Assembly (NCBI GenBank): GCA_951406725.2
Contig: OX597817.1
Coordinates: forward strand, 70,370,001-70,434,000
DNA: 64,000 bases
Reading direction: 5' to 3'
Origin: Octopus vulgaris
Taxonomy: Eukaryota
Shown here: in pieces, positions 53,148-64,000 of the stretch
Position numbering within the stretch: position 1 is the first letter of the stretch
Layout of the letters: each line of letters starts with the position of its first letter
Program-made: the position numbers and the translations under genes
Notes under the pieces: model-generated
Databases searched by the model: none
The model's input: the letters and a program-made list of their open reading frames with translations, nothing else
What the model was told of the DNA's origin: nothing

Positions 53148-54544
53148 TATATATATATATATATTATATATATATGATGTGTTTCCTTTAGTTTTTGTCT
53201 ACTAAATCCCCTCAGAATGTTTTGGTCAGCCCAAGACTATAGGGGAAGATACTTTCCCAAGGTGCAAAGCAGGAAGATTGAACCCAGAACCATGTAGTTG
53301 GGATGGAACTAAGAAAGAAAATTTGATTACACCAAACATACTCTTTACCATTAAACAAGCTGAAAAAAAATGTACATCAATAATAAAAAAATTTTATTTG
53401 TCTGTAGCATATTGATAATTTAGAAATTACCGAGTTAAAAGTGAAGTGTTTGGAAAACAGTCTTGAAACATTTTTGCTTCCGTGATTGAAATAATATGAA
53501 TAACAAGAGTCTGAAAAAAAAGCTATAAACATTAAGGTAGCAAAATTGATTTACAAGAATACAAAGCATATTAAGTTTCTGCAACCAGACTATTAAAATA
53601 AATAGCTATCAAGTTCTTCTCAACAGATAATGTTTATTTACCTTTAGGAATAGATCAAAACAAGAAAGAAAAAATTATCCATTCTAAAACTATAAATCAG
53701 TTTCCATGCTGCGAAGGAAGATTTTGTGGGCTTTTAATTCATTGAAACAGTAAGAATAACCTGAATAAATTTGATTCCTTTGTCAAAGTCTCCTGCCTTC
53801 CATCTGTGTATATGTGCATAAAGTATTAACTACAGTCATTTAACTCATGAAAAAAGAAGCAACCAGAATCACTTTATTTAGATCAAATCAAACGTTCAAT
53901 TTTATGCGCTAGTATTTCAGGGTCGTGTTTGTTTTTTTGTTTCGTGAGGGGTTTTTTTTTTTCTTTCTTTGTTTTTTTTTTTGGCAGAGGTACCTATTAG
54001 TGCCCCACTGTGACCTCAGCCCTTCAGCTGGAACTAGTAAATGAGTGATTTCAAAACCAGGTTAAAAAAACAAACAAAATCCAATACAATAATACAATTA
54101 ACTGAAATTGACTTTATTTGCATATGCAATTAACCAACCGGTTTTACTGAAATTAACTAAATTAAGCAATTAGCAGGTATACAATTAAACAGAATTGACT
54201 GCATTATTATACCTGCAAGCAGAACTACAAAGTAATGCGGCAAACAAATTAAACAATACTCAATACATATTAAAGAGTAAATGTTCAATTTAATGGTTAA
54301 ATTAAATACTATTCCACTACTTAAAGTTTCATGCCAACAGCAGGATTGCTATTTTTCATATGAATATTAAACTTTTACACATTTAACTACTATAAATTTA
54401 TTAAAAGATTATATTTATATTTTTTATTCTTAGCATTTTCAATCCTTTATTCTTTCCTTTATGAGCTGCTGTCATTAGATTGCACTCCTGCCAGGGCAAA
54501 GTCTTCAGCAGTTTTAGTCAATCATAGTGACCCTCACTTAATAA

Positions 54545-55005
54545 TCATTACTCAACATTCACTATATGAATGTTGAGTAATGACCAAAAGAGTATGCTCT
54601 CAAAATACAATACAAGTGGCCAAAATGGGGTTCCTCCTAAGAGTTTCTGGAGTAAAGTTACTTGAGAGGGTGTGTAGCTCAGTGATCAGGGAGTGTCTCC
54701 AAGTTGAGCTGCTACTTCTCTGCACTGAGAGGTCACAGCTCCTGTATTACAGGCATGTTATTAGAATGCCACAGGAAAGGATTATAAGACTCTTGAAGCC
54801 AAGCTGATTGGCAAGAAACCTCAGGATAGACCAAGAACAAGATGGTTGGATAATATCCATAGTCTCAGTTGGTCATACCGGGGCATCCAGCCAGAAAATC
54901 TAACGATGGTTGCTTCTGATAGGACCCTATGGAGGAGGTGCCTATGGCTTCTACCTCCATGACCTTCTTCGGAATAGTAGGTGAAGAAAATGGATGGACA
55001 GATGA
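54545..55005 (+). mobile_element. Rex3/Expander-like RTE LINE 3' end
   Basis: VMTKRVCSQ..IQVAKMGFLLRVSGVKLLERVCSSVIRECLQVELLLLCTERSQL..HVIRMPQER..GKKPQDRPRTRWLDNIHSLSW..GIQPENL..LWRRCLWLLPP; tail GAAGAAAATGGATGGACAGATG. Confidence 0.8.
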
Positions 55006-55857
55006 ATTTATTTATTGACCTATATTACAAGCACAGGTGCAGCTATGTGGTTAAGAAGTTCATTTGCAACCATGTAGTTTCAGGTTCAATCCCACTACAT
55101 GACACCTTGGATTTCTACCACTGTACACACTTTTCTTTGTCCTAGAAATTACATTTGGTTTGTTATATCAACATTTTTCAAGTGTTTTGAGAGTAATATT
55201 TCGCCAGTTTTCTCTCACATTAATTTTTTAGCATTCAAATTTCTTTGTCAAATGTATTGCTTTTAACTCATATTGTTTAAATTAGTCACACATAATGTCG
55301 CAGCTTCAAGATTTTAACGGGTTGTTTCTATATTTTTAGAATGACATTGTAGAATAGGTGTGAAAGGCCAGACCTGGCCAGTTTGAAAAGAAAACAGGTA
55401 GAATACCTGGGCTGAATGTGGTCAGTTTAAATAAATGGATTAAGGGTGATCATTTCCTCCACATCAATGTATCCTTTCTACAAACAGCAATGCATAATAT
55501 TTTGGCCAAGACATTATTATACCTTATAGGTAGATAGTATCATGATGGCATTTTTTAGTGGTTAGTGTTAAATGTTTTAGGTGCCTATGTTTTTGCGAGT
55601 AGACATTAACACAATCTCAACTCTCCAATCCTTTGACCTAGTGGCACAGCTAAGGTATAACAGCTGAAAGAAGAAGCTGCACCAGCGTATGGCTGGTACA
55701 CAGTTTTGGCTCTGTAAACTGGCACATCATGAAATAAAATGACTTACTGAAGGACAAAGCAATACCTGTTCCAGGAATTCAGTTCAAATGATTGCAAGCA
55801 GAATACTATAATCCCTAGACCATATACCTTCGCACACACATGAACAAACAGATAGAC

Positions 55858-55943
<86 letters not shown>

Positions 55944-56632
55944 GTGTGTGTGTAGAGAGAGAGAGAGAGAGAAAGAGAGATGTGTATGCACACGTGTGTG
56001 TGCATATGTAAATGTGTGTTTGCATGTACTTGTGTACATAGGAGATAATAGTCCATAATTAGTTTTCACACATCTTGAGTTACAAGCAATAAATTTGTGT
56101 TCAGCCTGAGTGCAAAGCATGCCAGGCTTGCCCTACCTTTCAAGAATGTATGCCTGCTAAAAGAAGCAAAAAGTCACATATATCAAAGTGTGATGACAGA
56201 GGTGGTGGGCAAGTCAATCCACAATGACATACTACCTTACAATTTTGTGGCTTTCTGTCTAATGTAAGAAATTATCAATTATATTATATGAAGTTCTTGT
56301 CGCTGTTGTTGATGATGGTGATGATGCTTGTGGTGGCTGTCAGCATCGTTGTGTTCATGGTGATGGTGATAATAGTGATGTTTATCATCGATGCTTTACT
56401 CAAAATGCTTTCTTCCTTCAAGGACCTCAAAATTCATGGGGTTACAGTTGCCTTCTGATTTGTTTAGCTTTGAGTCTCTTACTTATATTATGTGTGCATA
56501 AATATGTGAGTATAATGCATCTATATCTGCAAGCCCACCCACCTGTGCATGGGTGCCCAGCTACCCACCCATCCCTCTATCTATGTATGTATCTATTTAT
56601 CTATCTATCTACCCTTCCCTCTCCCTCTCTCG

Positions 56633-56686
<54 letters not shown>

Positions 56687-56869
56687 GTGGCTGCTTTCTC
56701 GTATACAAGCAAAGCCATTGCTAGAAAGAATCATTGAAATGAGTCATTGACAATACAATGTGAGGATCTTATATGACTCCTGAAACCTGCCAAAGATTTG
56801 CACATTTTATTACATAATACATAGTTTTTGCTGGCTGGCAGAAGGAACCGGTGTGTGTGTGCATATATA

Positions 56870-57180
56870 AAAAAGTAAAGACCCCCTTCAATCATGCACC
56901 TAGAATGTCACTCTCCAAGGCACAAGTCAGGCAAGGTTGTTTATGGATGGCCAGCAGTCACCCATGCATACCAGCCTCGCTCCTCAATGCCACTAATGTT
57001 ACCCAAGGGAAAGGCAACTGCTGATACAGCTTGGCACCAGTGACCTCGCAACTCATTTCTACAGCTGAGTGAACTGGAGTAACGTGAAATAAAGTGTCTT
57101 GCTCAAGAACAAAACACACAGCTCAATCCAGGAACTGAACTCACTACCTCATGATTGTGAGCCCAATGCTCTAACCATAA
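56870..57180 (-). mobile_element. SINE family E
   Basis: Colinear with 6415-6761. Confidence 0.8.
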
Positions 57181-57187
57181 CCCTTCA

Positions 57188-57220
<33 letters not shown>

Positions 57221-58094
57221 GTGCATGTGTCTTTTATGCTTCTCTCTCACTATTACTTAACAAATGGAGCTGTCTGTTTGTTTACATCTATGTAACTTAG
57301 TTTAGCAAAAGAGACCAACAGAATAAGTACCACACTTAAAAAAATAAGTACTGGAGTCAATTCATTCGACTAAGAATTTTTCAAGGCTGTACCCCAGCAT
57401 GGCTGCAGTCTAATGACTGAAACAAGTAAAAGATAAAAGATATATAAATACATACACACATAATGTAAATATATATATATATATATATCCCTCAATTACT
57501 GACTAAGAACCTGGAAAAACATCCAGCCCATGGAAAGCAGACATAAAATGATGATGATGATTATAATATATATAACATGGAAGCATACTGGGTACTTCTA
57601 CTCAACCCATCCCACCACTGGGTTTCCCTACTCAACCCACATCATCCCTCTTACAACTTTGTCCCTACTCTCTTTCACATTAATCCTTGACATTACTCTT
57701 CCCCTCTTCCTGTCTCCTCCATTATTCAACCCCAACACTGTTCCTTCTGTTAACCTTTCCATGACAATCCTCTCACAATAATAAATCTGTTTCTTACATC
57801 AGACTTTAACGTGTACTCTTCCAGTTATAAGGGTTCTCTTTTTACCTTGCAAGCTACAAGGCCATCCTTGTTGGGGTATTGCCAAGAAAAAAAAAAGACA
57901 CAAAAGCACCCAGTACACTCTGAAAGTGGTTGGTAAATCAAACTGAATTGTAACAATGCAGGTCTTGAAGGGGATCTTCAGTTAAACATAGTGTTGATGC
58001 CATGAAAAAGGCACCCAGTACACTCTATAAAGTGCTTGATGTCAGAAAGAACACAGAGCTATAGAAACCATGCCAACACTGAGAGTATAAAATA

Positions 58095-58426
58095 GAGATT
58101 CTTGACAATTTTTTATCAATGGACTCCTTTGATTACTATATTATTCTGGTGAACCCCCATAGCCATTCAATGTTTAAAAAATCATTTTATTTACATTTCT
58201 TTCTAAACTTCTATTTTTCTTATACACTCATTCACTTGTACAGGTCCAACAACAGAAAATGTTAGAGAAAGTAACTTAGCCATTTCTTGCAATACATATG
58301 TTAAATCAAAACTTTTCATGGATCCTTAAAATACTAGTGCCGATTCCCAATTTATTATGTTGCTACCTTGGATCCCCCAAAACCTTATATGTGCCCCTAG
58401 GAGTCATATGGTTGAGAACCAATGGT
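58095..58426. mobile_element. Possible hAT/Charlie-like MITE
   Basis: Right end GGTTGAGAACCAATG resembles the CAGTGGTTCTCAACC TIR; left end decayed. Confidence 0.4.
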
Positions 58427-58766
58427 TTAGAACATAATGTGGTCAGCCAAACAGTCAGATCTTGTCAAGTCAGCCAACCAGTGCCAACATGGAAAACTGA
58501 TGATAAAATTATGATGATAATGCAAAATGAAAAAAGCCACATATGCCATAAACCAGACTACTGTGATACAACACCAAAGAGACTAACTCAGAAACTAGAA
58601 GCATTAACCTTATAAGAAATAAAGGAATATTATTCTTTTACTAACTCTGAATAAGAACTGATGCTAACTACACGATCCAACATTTTCCATGCATGTCAGG
58701 ATAGAAAATTAATGTAAAATGATGAGGACACAAATACATATATACATACACTTATATAGATATATC

Positions 58767-58931
58767 TTGTGTCTTGGGAGGGTCATTATGAAAATAATAA
58801 TAAACACACATGCTGTGTGTGTTTCTTAATTTTATTATTCTAGGCACAATGACCATCCCAAGACTCAACAAGATTTGTTTCAAAACATGAATTCACATCA
58901 AGAATCTTGCAAACCAAATACAAAAACAAAT
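58767..58931. mobile_element. Short fold-back element of the 25042-25376 family
   Basis: Arms TTGTGTCTTGGGAGGGTCATT and AATGACCATCCCAAGACTCAA plus the same AAGAATCTTGCAAACCAAAT extension. Confidence 0.7.
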
Positions 58932-58951
58932 ACATACATACACACACACAC

Positions 58952-58982
<31 letters not shown>

Positions 58983-59269
58983 GTACATACATACATACAT
59001 ATACATACACACACACAATTTAGCATATGTGTGTGTATGTGTGGTACATGCACATATTGTATATACATATATATGTGTGGTACATACATATATATGTACA
59101 ACACATTTACACATAAGTATCTAAGTGTATATATACATGTATCACCATTATTTTATAGCGTCCAATAATACTATACTTGTTCCACGTCCTCGCATTGTTG
59201 TATTTTCTCTTTGTGTTTTCATGTTTGGATTAACTTTATATATATATATGCAGTATGTGTGTGTAGGCA

Positions 59270-59302
<33 letters not shown>

Positions 59303-60103
59303 GTTATCAAAGTCAACATGAATTCAAAAAGTAAATATATGAAAAAACAACACAGAAACCAAGAAGTAAAAGATATAATCAATTCTTGAAAATGAGAATG
59401 TGAATGTCTGGATACGTTGAATATGAATTTAGGTACTTTATCACTCCAAACTAACTCTAAAGAAACTGATAAGAAAATACAAAATAATCTAAAATAAATA
59501 AGATAAAATGTGAAGAGAATCATGAATTTAATGAAACTCATGCACATGTGTGTATATTATGCACACTCACTAATATATATATAGTCATATATATATTTGC
59601 ATATATATACACAAGTGTGTGTGTATGTAAAATACACACAGATACAAAATATACATGCATTCTTATTTCTGTCTCTGTGTTACCATATCTCCAAGTATTT
59701 CTTTTTCTGAACCCCCTGCAACCCCCACTCCCTCCCCCCAGATGGTAAACCTTTCAGATCACCTATACTGCTTGTCTACCTACCCTCACTGTTGGACTTC
59801 CACAGACTTCAACTTTGGCGAGACAGACATACCATGCTAAGGAAGCACATAAATTGTGAATCAGTCTCACAAGAGAGATTACATAGGCACAAAAGGTGTG
59901 GTCTCCATTGATAATTGTCCTTGTACTGATATTTTCACACATACACACACACACACATGCACAAATACCCTGCACATACTGAGATAGATGGGGAATAATA
60001 TGCTTAGTTGCCTGCTGCAAAAATTTGTTTCCCATTCAGTGTTTACAATTCTTGCCATAATCAAAATCATGTATAGATACACACATTTATACCTACATGC
60101 ATG

Positions 60104-60152
<49 letters not shown>

Positions 60153-60299
60153 TGCAGGACCAGTGAGAAATAGCAGCCATATTTCCTTGTCATCTTTAAG
60201 AATGAAAAAATATGAAAAACAGATTAGGGAATGTAGTCTTAGACACACTAAGTTTAGAAATAAAACTGAAGAGTATATATATATATATATTCCTTTCTT

Positions 60300-60602
60300 C
60301 CTTTTCGCCCTTTTCAAGCCTAGCCAGGCTCATGGGCCCAGTTTCTGTGGCATATGTATTCCCCCCAGCTGGACGGGATGCCAATCCATTGCAGCGTTAC
60401 TCAAGAAACAGTAAGAAAGAGCGAGAGAAAGATGGGGGCAAAAGAGTACAGCAGGGGTCACCACCACCCCCTGCTGGAGCCTCGTGGAGCTTTTAGGTGT
60501 TTTCACTCAATAAACACACACAACGCCCAGTCTGGGAATCGAAAGCATGATCCTCCGACCATGAGTCCACTGCACTAACCACTGGGCCATTGCGCCTCCA
60601 CC
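60300..60602 (-). mobile_element. SINE family D
   Basis: GGAGGCGCAATGGCCCAGTGGTTAG head. Confidence 0.8.
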
Positions 60603-60639
60603 ATAAATATATATACATGTCTATATATGTATTCACACA

Positions 60640-60990
60640 TATGAAAGCAGTTGAAGAGGCCAGGATAAGACATGCAAGACTCAAGAGAGATTTAAAGAAA
60701 AATGTTATGATCAAGAAGGTGAAATCACCTTTTGTGTGCATAGTTTGTGACAGACCATGCCTTTCCTTTGCTGGACTCAAATCTTATTTGCAGATTCATG
60801 GAAACGACCCTCCACCAACTATCCTGCCTATATGTCTGTGCATAACTTTCAATGCCATAAGGTCTGCAAATCTAATAGAGGCCTCAAAAGACATTTTAAA
60901 ATCCACAAGGATTGGAACTTAACTGCAGCTCTTGGTGGTCCAAATTGGATATTCAATTTATGTTTTCATACATTGTCTGGTTTCAGGGAG
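60640..60990 (+). mobile_element. RTE-X-like LINE 3' end with two C2H2 fingers (frameshifted)
   Basis: EEARIRHARLKRDLKK..FVCIVCDRPCLSFAGLKSYLQIH, then CHKVCKSNRGLKRHFKIH in another frame; no TGEKP linkers. Confidence 0.6.
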
Positions 60991-61029
60991 ACAAATTTTC
61001 CATGCACAATACCACATTTCTGGAGGTGA

Positions 61030-61424
61030 CACTCATGGTAGGCCTTCCAGATGATGAGTGCAGGGATGTTCTTCCGCTTTTGAGGAGTGCCTGTGACACT
61101 CAAAACATTGCATACAACCCACTGCCTTGTCACTGTAAGCTTGCCAAAGCTTACTCAATGTCTCTGCAGCAGACTTCCCAAGTTTAATGCAAAATTTCAT
61201 GTTGGCTCTTTGTTCTAACTTCCTGACCATGACAAAAATTGCAGACTACAGTATACATGTGATTACAAAAACACAAATTTCACAACTTATGAAGCAACAC
61301 AGTGATGTCACTCAGCACTCCGCCTCATGAAAGACTGCTAGCTCTCACAGCACATGCAACCCTGTGCTGCCATCTGTTGGTGCACCACAGAACTAGTATG
61401 GAAATTTTTTGATACCACCTCATA
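61030..61424 (-). mobile_element. mariner relic: left TIR plus transposase N-terminus
   Basis: TA-TGAGGTGGTATCAAAAAATTTCC TIR; LEQRANMKFCIKLGKSAAETLSKLWQAYSDKAVGCMQCFEC. Confidence 0.85.
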
Positions 61425-62575
61425 TTTTGTTATAAGAATTTTGTAAACGTCTGAGTGTATGTGTGTGTGTGTTTGTGCACACGTGTATGTGCATGTATGT
61501 GTGTGTTCAAGTGTATGCATATGTGTTTGTGTGTGTGTGCATGTGTTTGTGTGAAAGTGTGTAGATGTTATGGCAGAGCTGACATGTCAAATCAAAATCC
61601 CTCATGGTGTTTGGCTCTATACCAGGTGCATCCTTTTACAAAGAACAACTTTGTCCCTACTCTTTGTCTCTTAAAAGATCTAAATAAAAAAACATAAGCA
61701 AGAGTCAAAGTACTGCAATTAGTAAAATATAATGGAGTAAAATGCCTGAATCCAGTTCCTCCAACATGACCAAAGTTCAATGACTAAAATGAGTAAAAGA
61801 AATATATAAAAAAATAAGAAGGAAAGAATATATTGAAAATGGGCAAAGAACAAAGTGTTCGGACACTGACCATTTGCACACCTGCCTTCACTGGACTATG
61901 TTGCTGTTCTTGTTATTGTTGTTGTCGGCTTCAATGGCACCATCACCACTGCTGCCACCACCACCACTGTCACTACTATTTCCATCTTTCACCATCATCA
62001 CCAACACCATATCACAGAGAATAATTAAATAGTAATTCAACCACCACCTCCACCACTACCACTTCCACCACTACCACCTCCACCACTACCACCTCACTCC
62101 TTTCATTCCACAGCACTTTCCACTAGCTAACACTTGCTAGAAGTTATAATCAATGGACTTTAAAATTATATACAACTTGCACGACTCATTGCTATGAAAA
62201 TATAAATACAGCAACTCATAGCTATTTACATTTTGTTGTTGTTGTTGTTGTCACTGTTGTTTAGTTCAAGGTCAACCATGATCAAATGCATTCCAACTGC
62301 AACCATCCTGCTTGTTTCTTTTGTGTATGTTTGTTTTTTTCTCCTTCTACTTCAGATTATGTATCTAGGACTGCATCATCCAGTTAAATGATATGCTATA
62401 AGTTAGGTTTGAGTGCTATTTCTAGGAGACAAAGTGACAACAGAGAGCAGACATTGGTACATATTGTACAATTTTGTCTCCCATCCTTTAAGGCAGGAGA
62501 GAGTGGGAGAATGAAAAATATCAGTCCGAAATGGAAGATTGACAAAACCATAAAATCTTCAGACTGGATGACCTG

Positions 62576-62815
62576 CAGTATTTGTTCCAGCTCTTTACAT
62601 TCTGAGTTCAAACCTCATTGTGGCCTACTTTGATGATTGATTTAATTCTTTGTTTAACACTACCACCAGGTCCTTGGTCAAGTCCTTTCAGTATTTGTCC
62701 CAGCTCTTTACATTCAGAGTTCAAATTTCATTGTAACCTGCTTGGACAGTAAACTTAATTCATTGTCCAGTTTAACACAACCACCTGGTCCTTGGGCAGG
62801 TTTTGTCAAGTCCTC
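62576..62815 (+). repeat. Diverged 2x tandem duplication (~113-125 bp)
   Basis: CAGTATTTGT.CCAGCTCTTTACATTC.GAGTTCAAA..GTTTAACAC.ACCACC.GGTCCTTGG occurs twice. Confidence 0.85.
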
Positions 62816-63439
62816 TCCATTGTAAGCAATCAAGCCAGGCTTCAATTTGTAGACACTTTCCTCCCTCTCTCCCTCTCATTGATCTCAGAGGCTCTGTAAA
62901 GAGTCATGGGTACTGCCTTCACTCTAAACTAAAACATGACCCCAACAACCTATAAACATTGTCCATTTTCAACCACTAGGTAATGGCAAAGTTGGGTTTC
63001 ACATATTTTCTTTGGTTCACAGAATACCATTAGGTTCTTTTGAAATGAGTTGGAAAATACCAGTATATCACCCACCCATCCCAACTACTCCGGCTTCTCT
63101 CACCATCATTTGCTACAGTCAAATCTTGCCCCATCTCTAAACATCTCCCCTCACATTCTGATGGAACATCCCCTCTATCTATTTTGTATCATTTATACTC
63201 CACTCCACTGTCTCATGTGGGTCTGTCCCAATGTATCTCCAACACCATCTATTTCTCTCTCTCACTCTGACTGTCTATCTTTCTTTTTAACTCCATCTCT
63301 CTTCCCTTTCTTTTCCTATTGGGATAGCCAAATGTTTCCTTCATAGTAAGACACCTATCTCTATCCCTCTATTATACTCTAACCTTTCGCCTGGCACAAA
63401 GTCACTTCCTTCATTTCCACTCCTTCTCTGAGACGCCTT

Positions 63440-63670
63440 TGTCTGGAAAGTCACTTAGTGACCCCACTTATGTTGGTATCATGTAAAGAGCACTAGTGCT
63501 GGTGCCACATAAAAGGCACCCAGTACACTCTGTAGAGTGGTTCACATCAGGAAGGGCATCAAGCTGTAGAAACCATAGCAAAGCAGAGAATGGACCCGGT
63601 GTAGTTCTCTGGGTTGCCAACTCCTATCAAACTGCCCAACCCATGCCAGCAAGGAGGACAAACATTATAT
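63440..63670 (+). mobile_element. Family C-like 3' fragment
   Basis: GGTGCCACATAAAAGGCACCCAGTACACTC..CAGGAAGGGCATCAAGCTGTAGAAACC..AACCCATGCCAGC. Confidence 0.7.
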
Positions 63671-63678
63671 TATTATTA

Positions 63679-63709
<31 letters not shown>

Positions 63710-64000
63710 AGTATCTTTAATGCACTGCACCACTGCACTAGTGCATGTTCATTCCTTTGCAGTAAAGTATAATACATGTGCTCATCTTTGCCCTGCTGCA
63801 TAGCACTGAGGACAAGTGTCTTCGACTACAGCCCTAGGCTGACCAAAGCCTTGTGAATGGATTTGGCTGACAGAAACTAAAGAAACCTGATGTGTATATA
63901 GCAATTCAATAGCAAAAAAAAAAAATCAAATACAAGATCAGCAGAAGTCCAAAGGATGTTCACACCAGACCTGTCTCCAGATTTTGGTGTCTGGGGGGTT

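Noticed and set aside
60590-61029. C2H2 zinc-finger host gene
   Set aside because: Frameshift, first His lost, no TGEKP linker; the preceding helix fits an RTE-X LINE C-terminus

Overview
Eukaryotic, very AT-rich, repeat-dominated window with no convincing long protein-coding gene. The SINE repertoire and huge (TA)n/(CA)n tracts suggest a cephalopod, probably Octopus (inference). Nearly all ORFs in the supplied track are microsatellite translations. Real content: (i) about 30 copies or fragments of at least four tRNA-derived SINE families; (ii) LINE relics (RTE, a Rex3/Expander-like RTE, RTE-X zinc-finger ends, R4/Dong); (iii) Penelope-like (PLE) GIY-YIG relics; (iv) Tc1, maT (DD37D) and mariner relics, TTAA piggyBac-type MITEs and Helitron-like elements; (v) a possible small spliced minus-strand gene near 10.7-15.1 kb. 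The most interesting signal is a set of unrelated fold-back (palindromic) insertions carrying minimal type-I hammerhead-ribozyme folds at 20.7-21.2, 27.5, 45.2 and more weakly 25.0 kb. Their cores covary at the catalytic 3:8 pair (C:G, G:C, U:A). One is a tRNA-headed (Pol III) SINE fused to a hammerhead, flanked by a 13-bp TSD, i.e. a candidate PLE-mobilised ribozyme-SINE. Family assignments come from motif recognition by eye; no searches were run.
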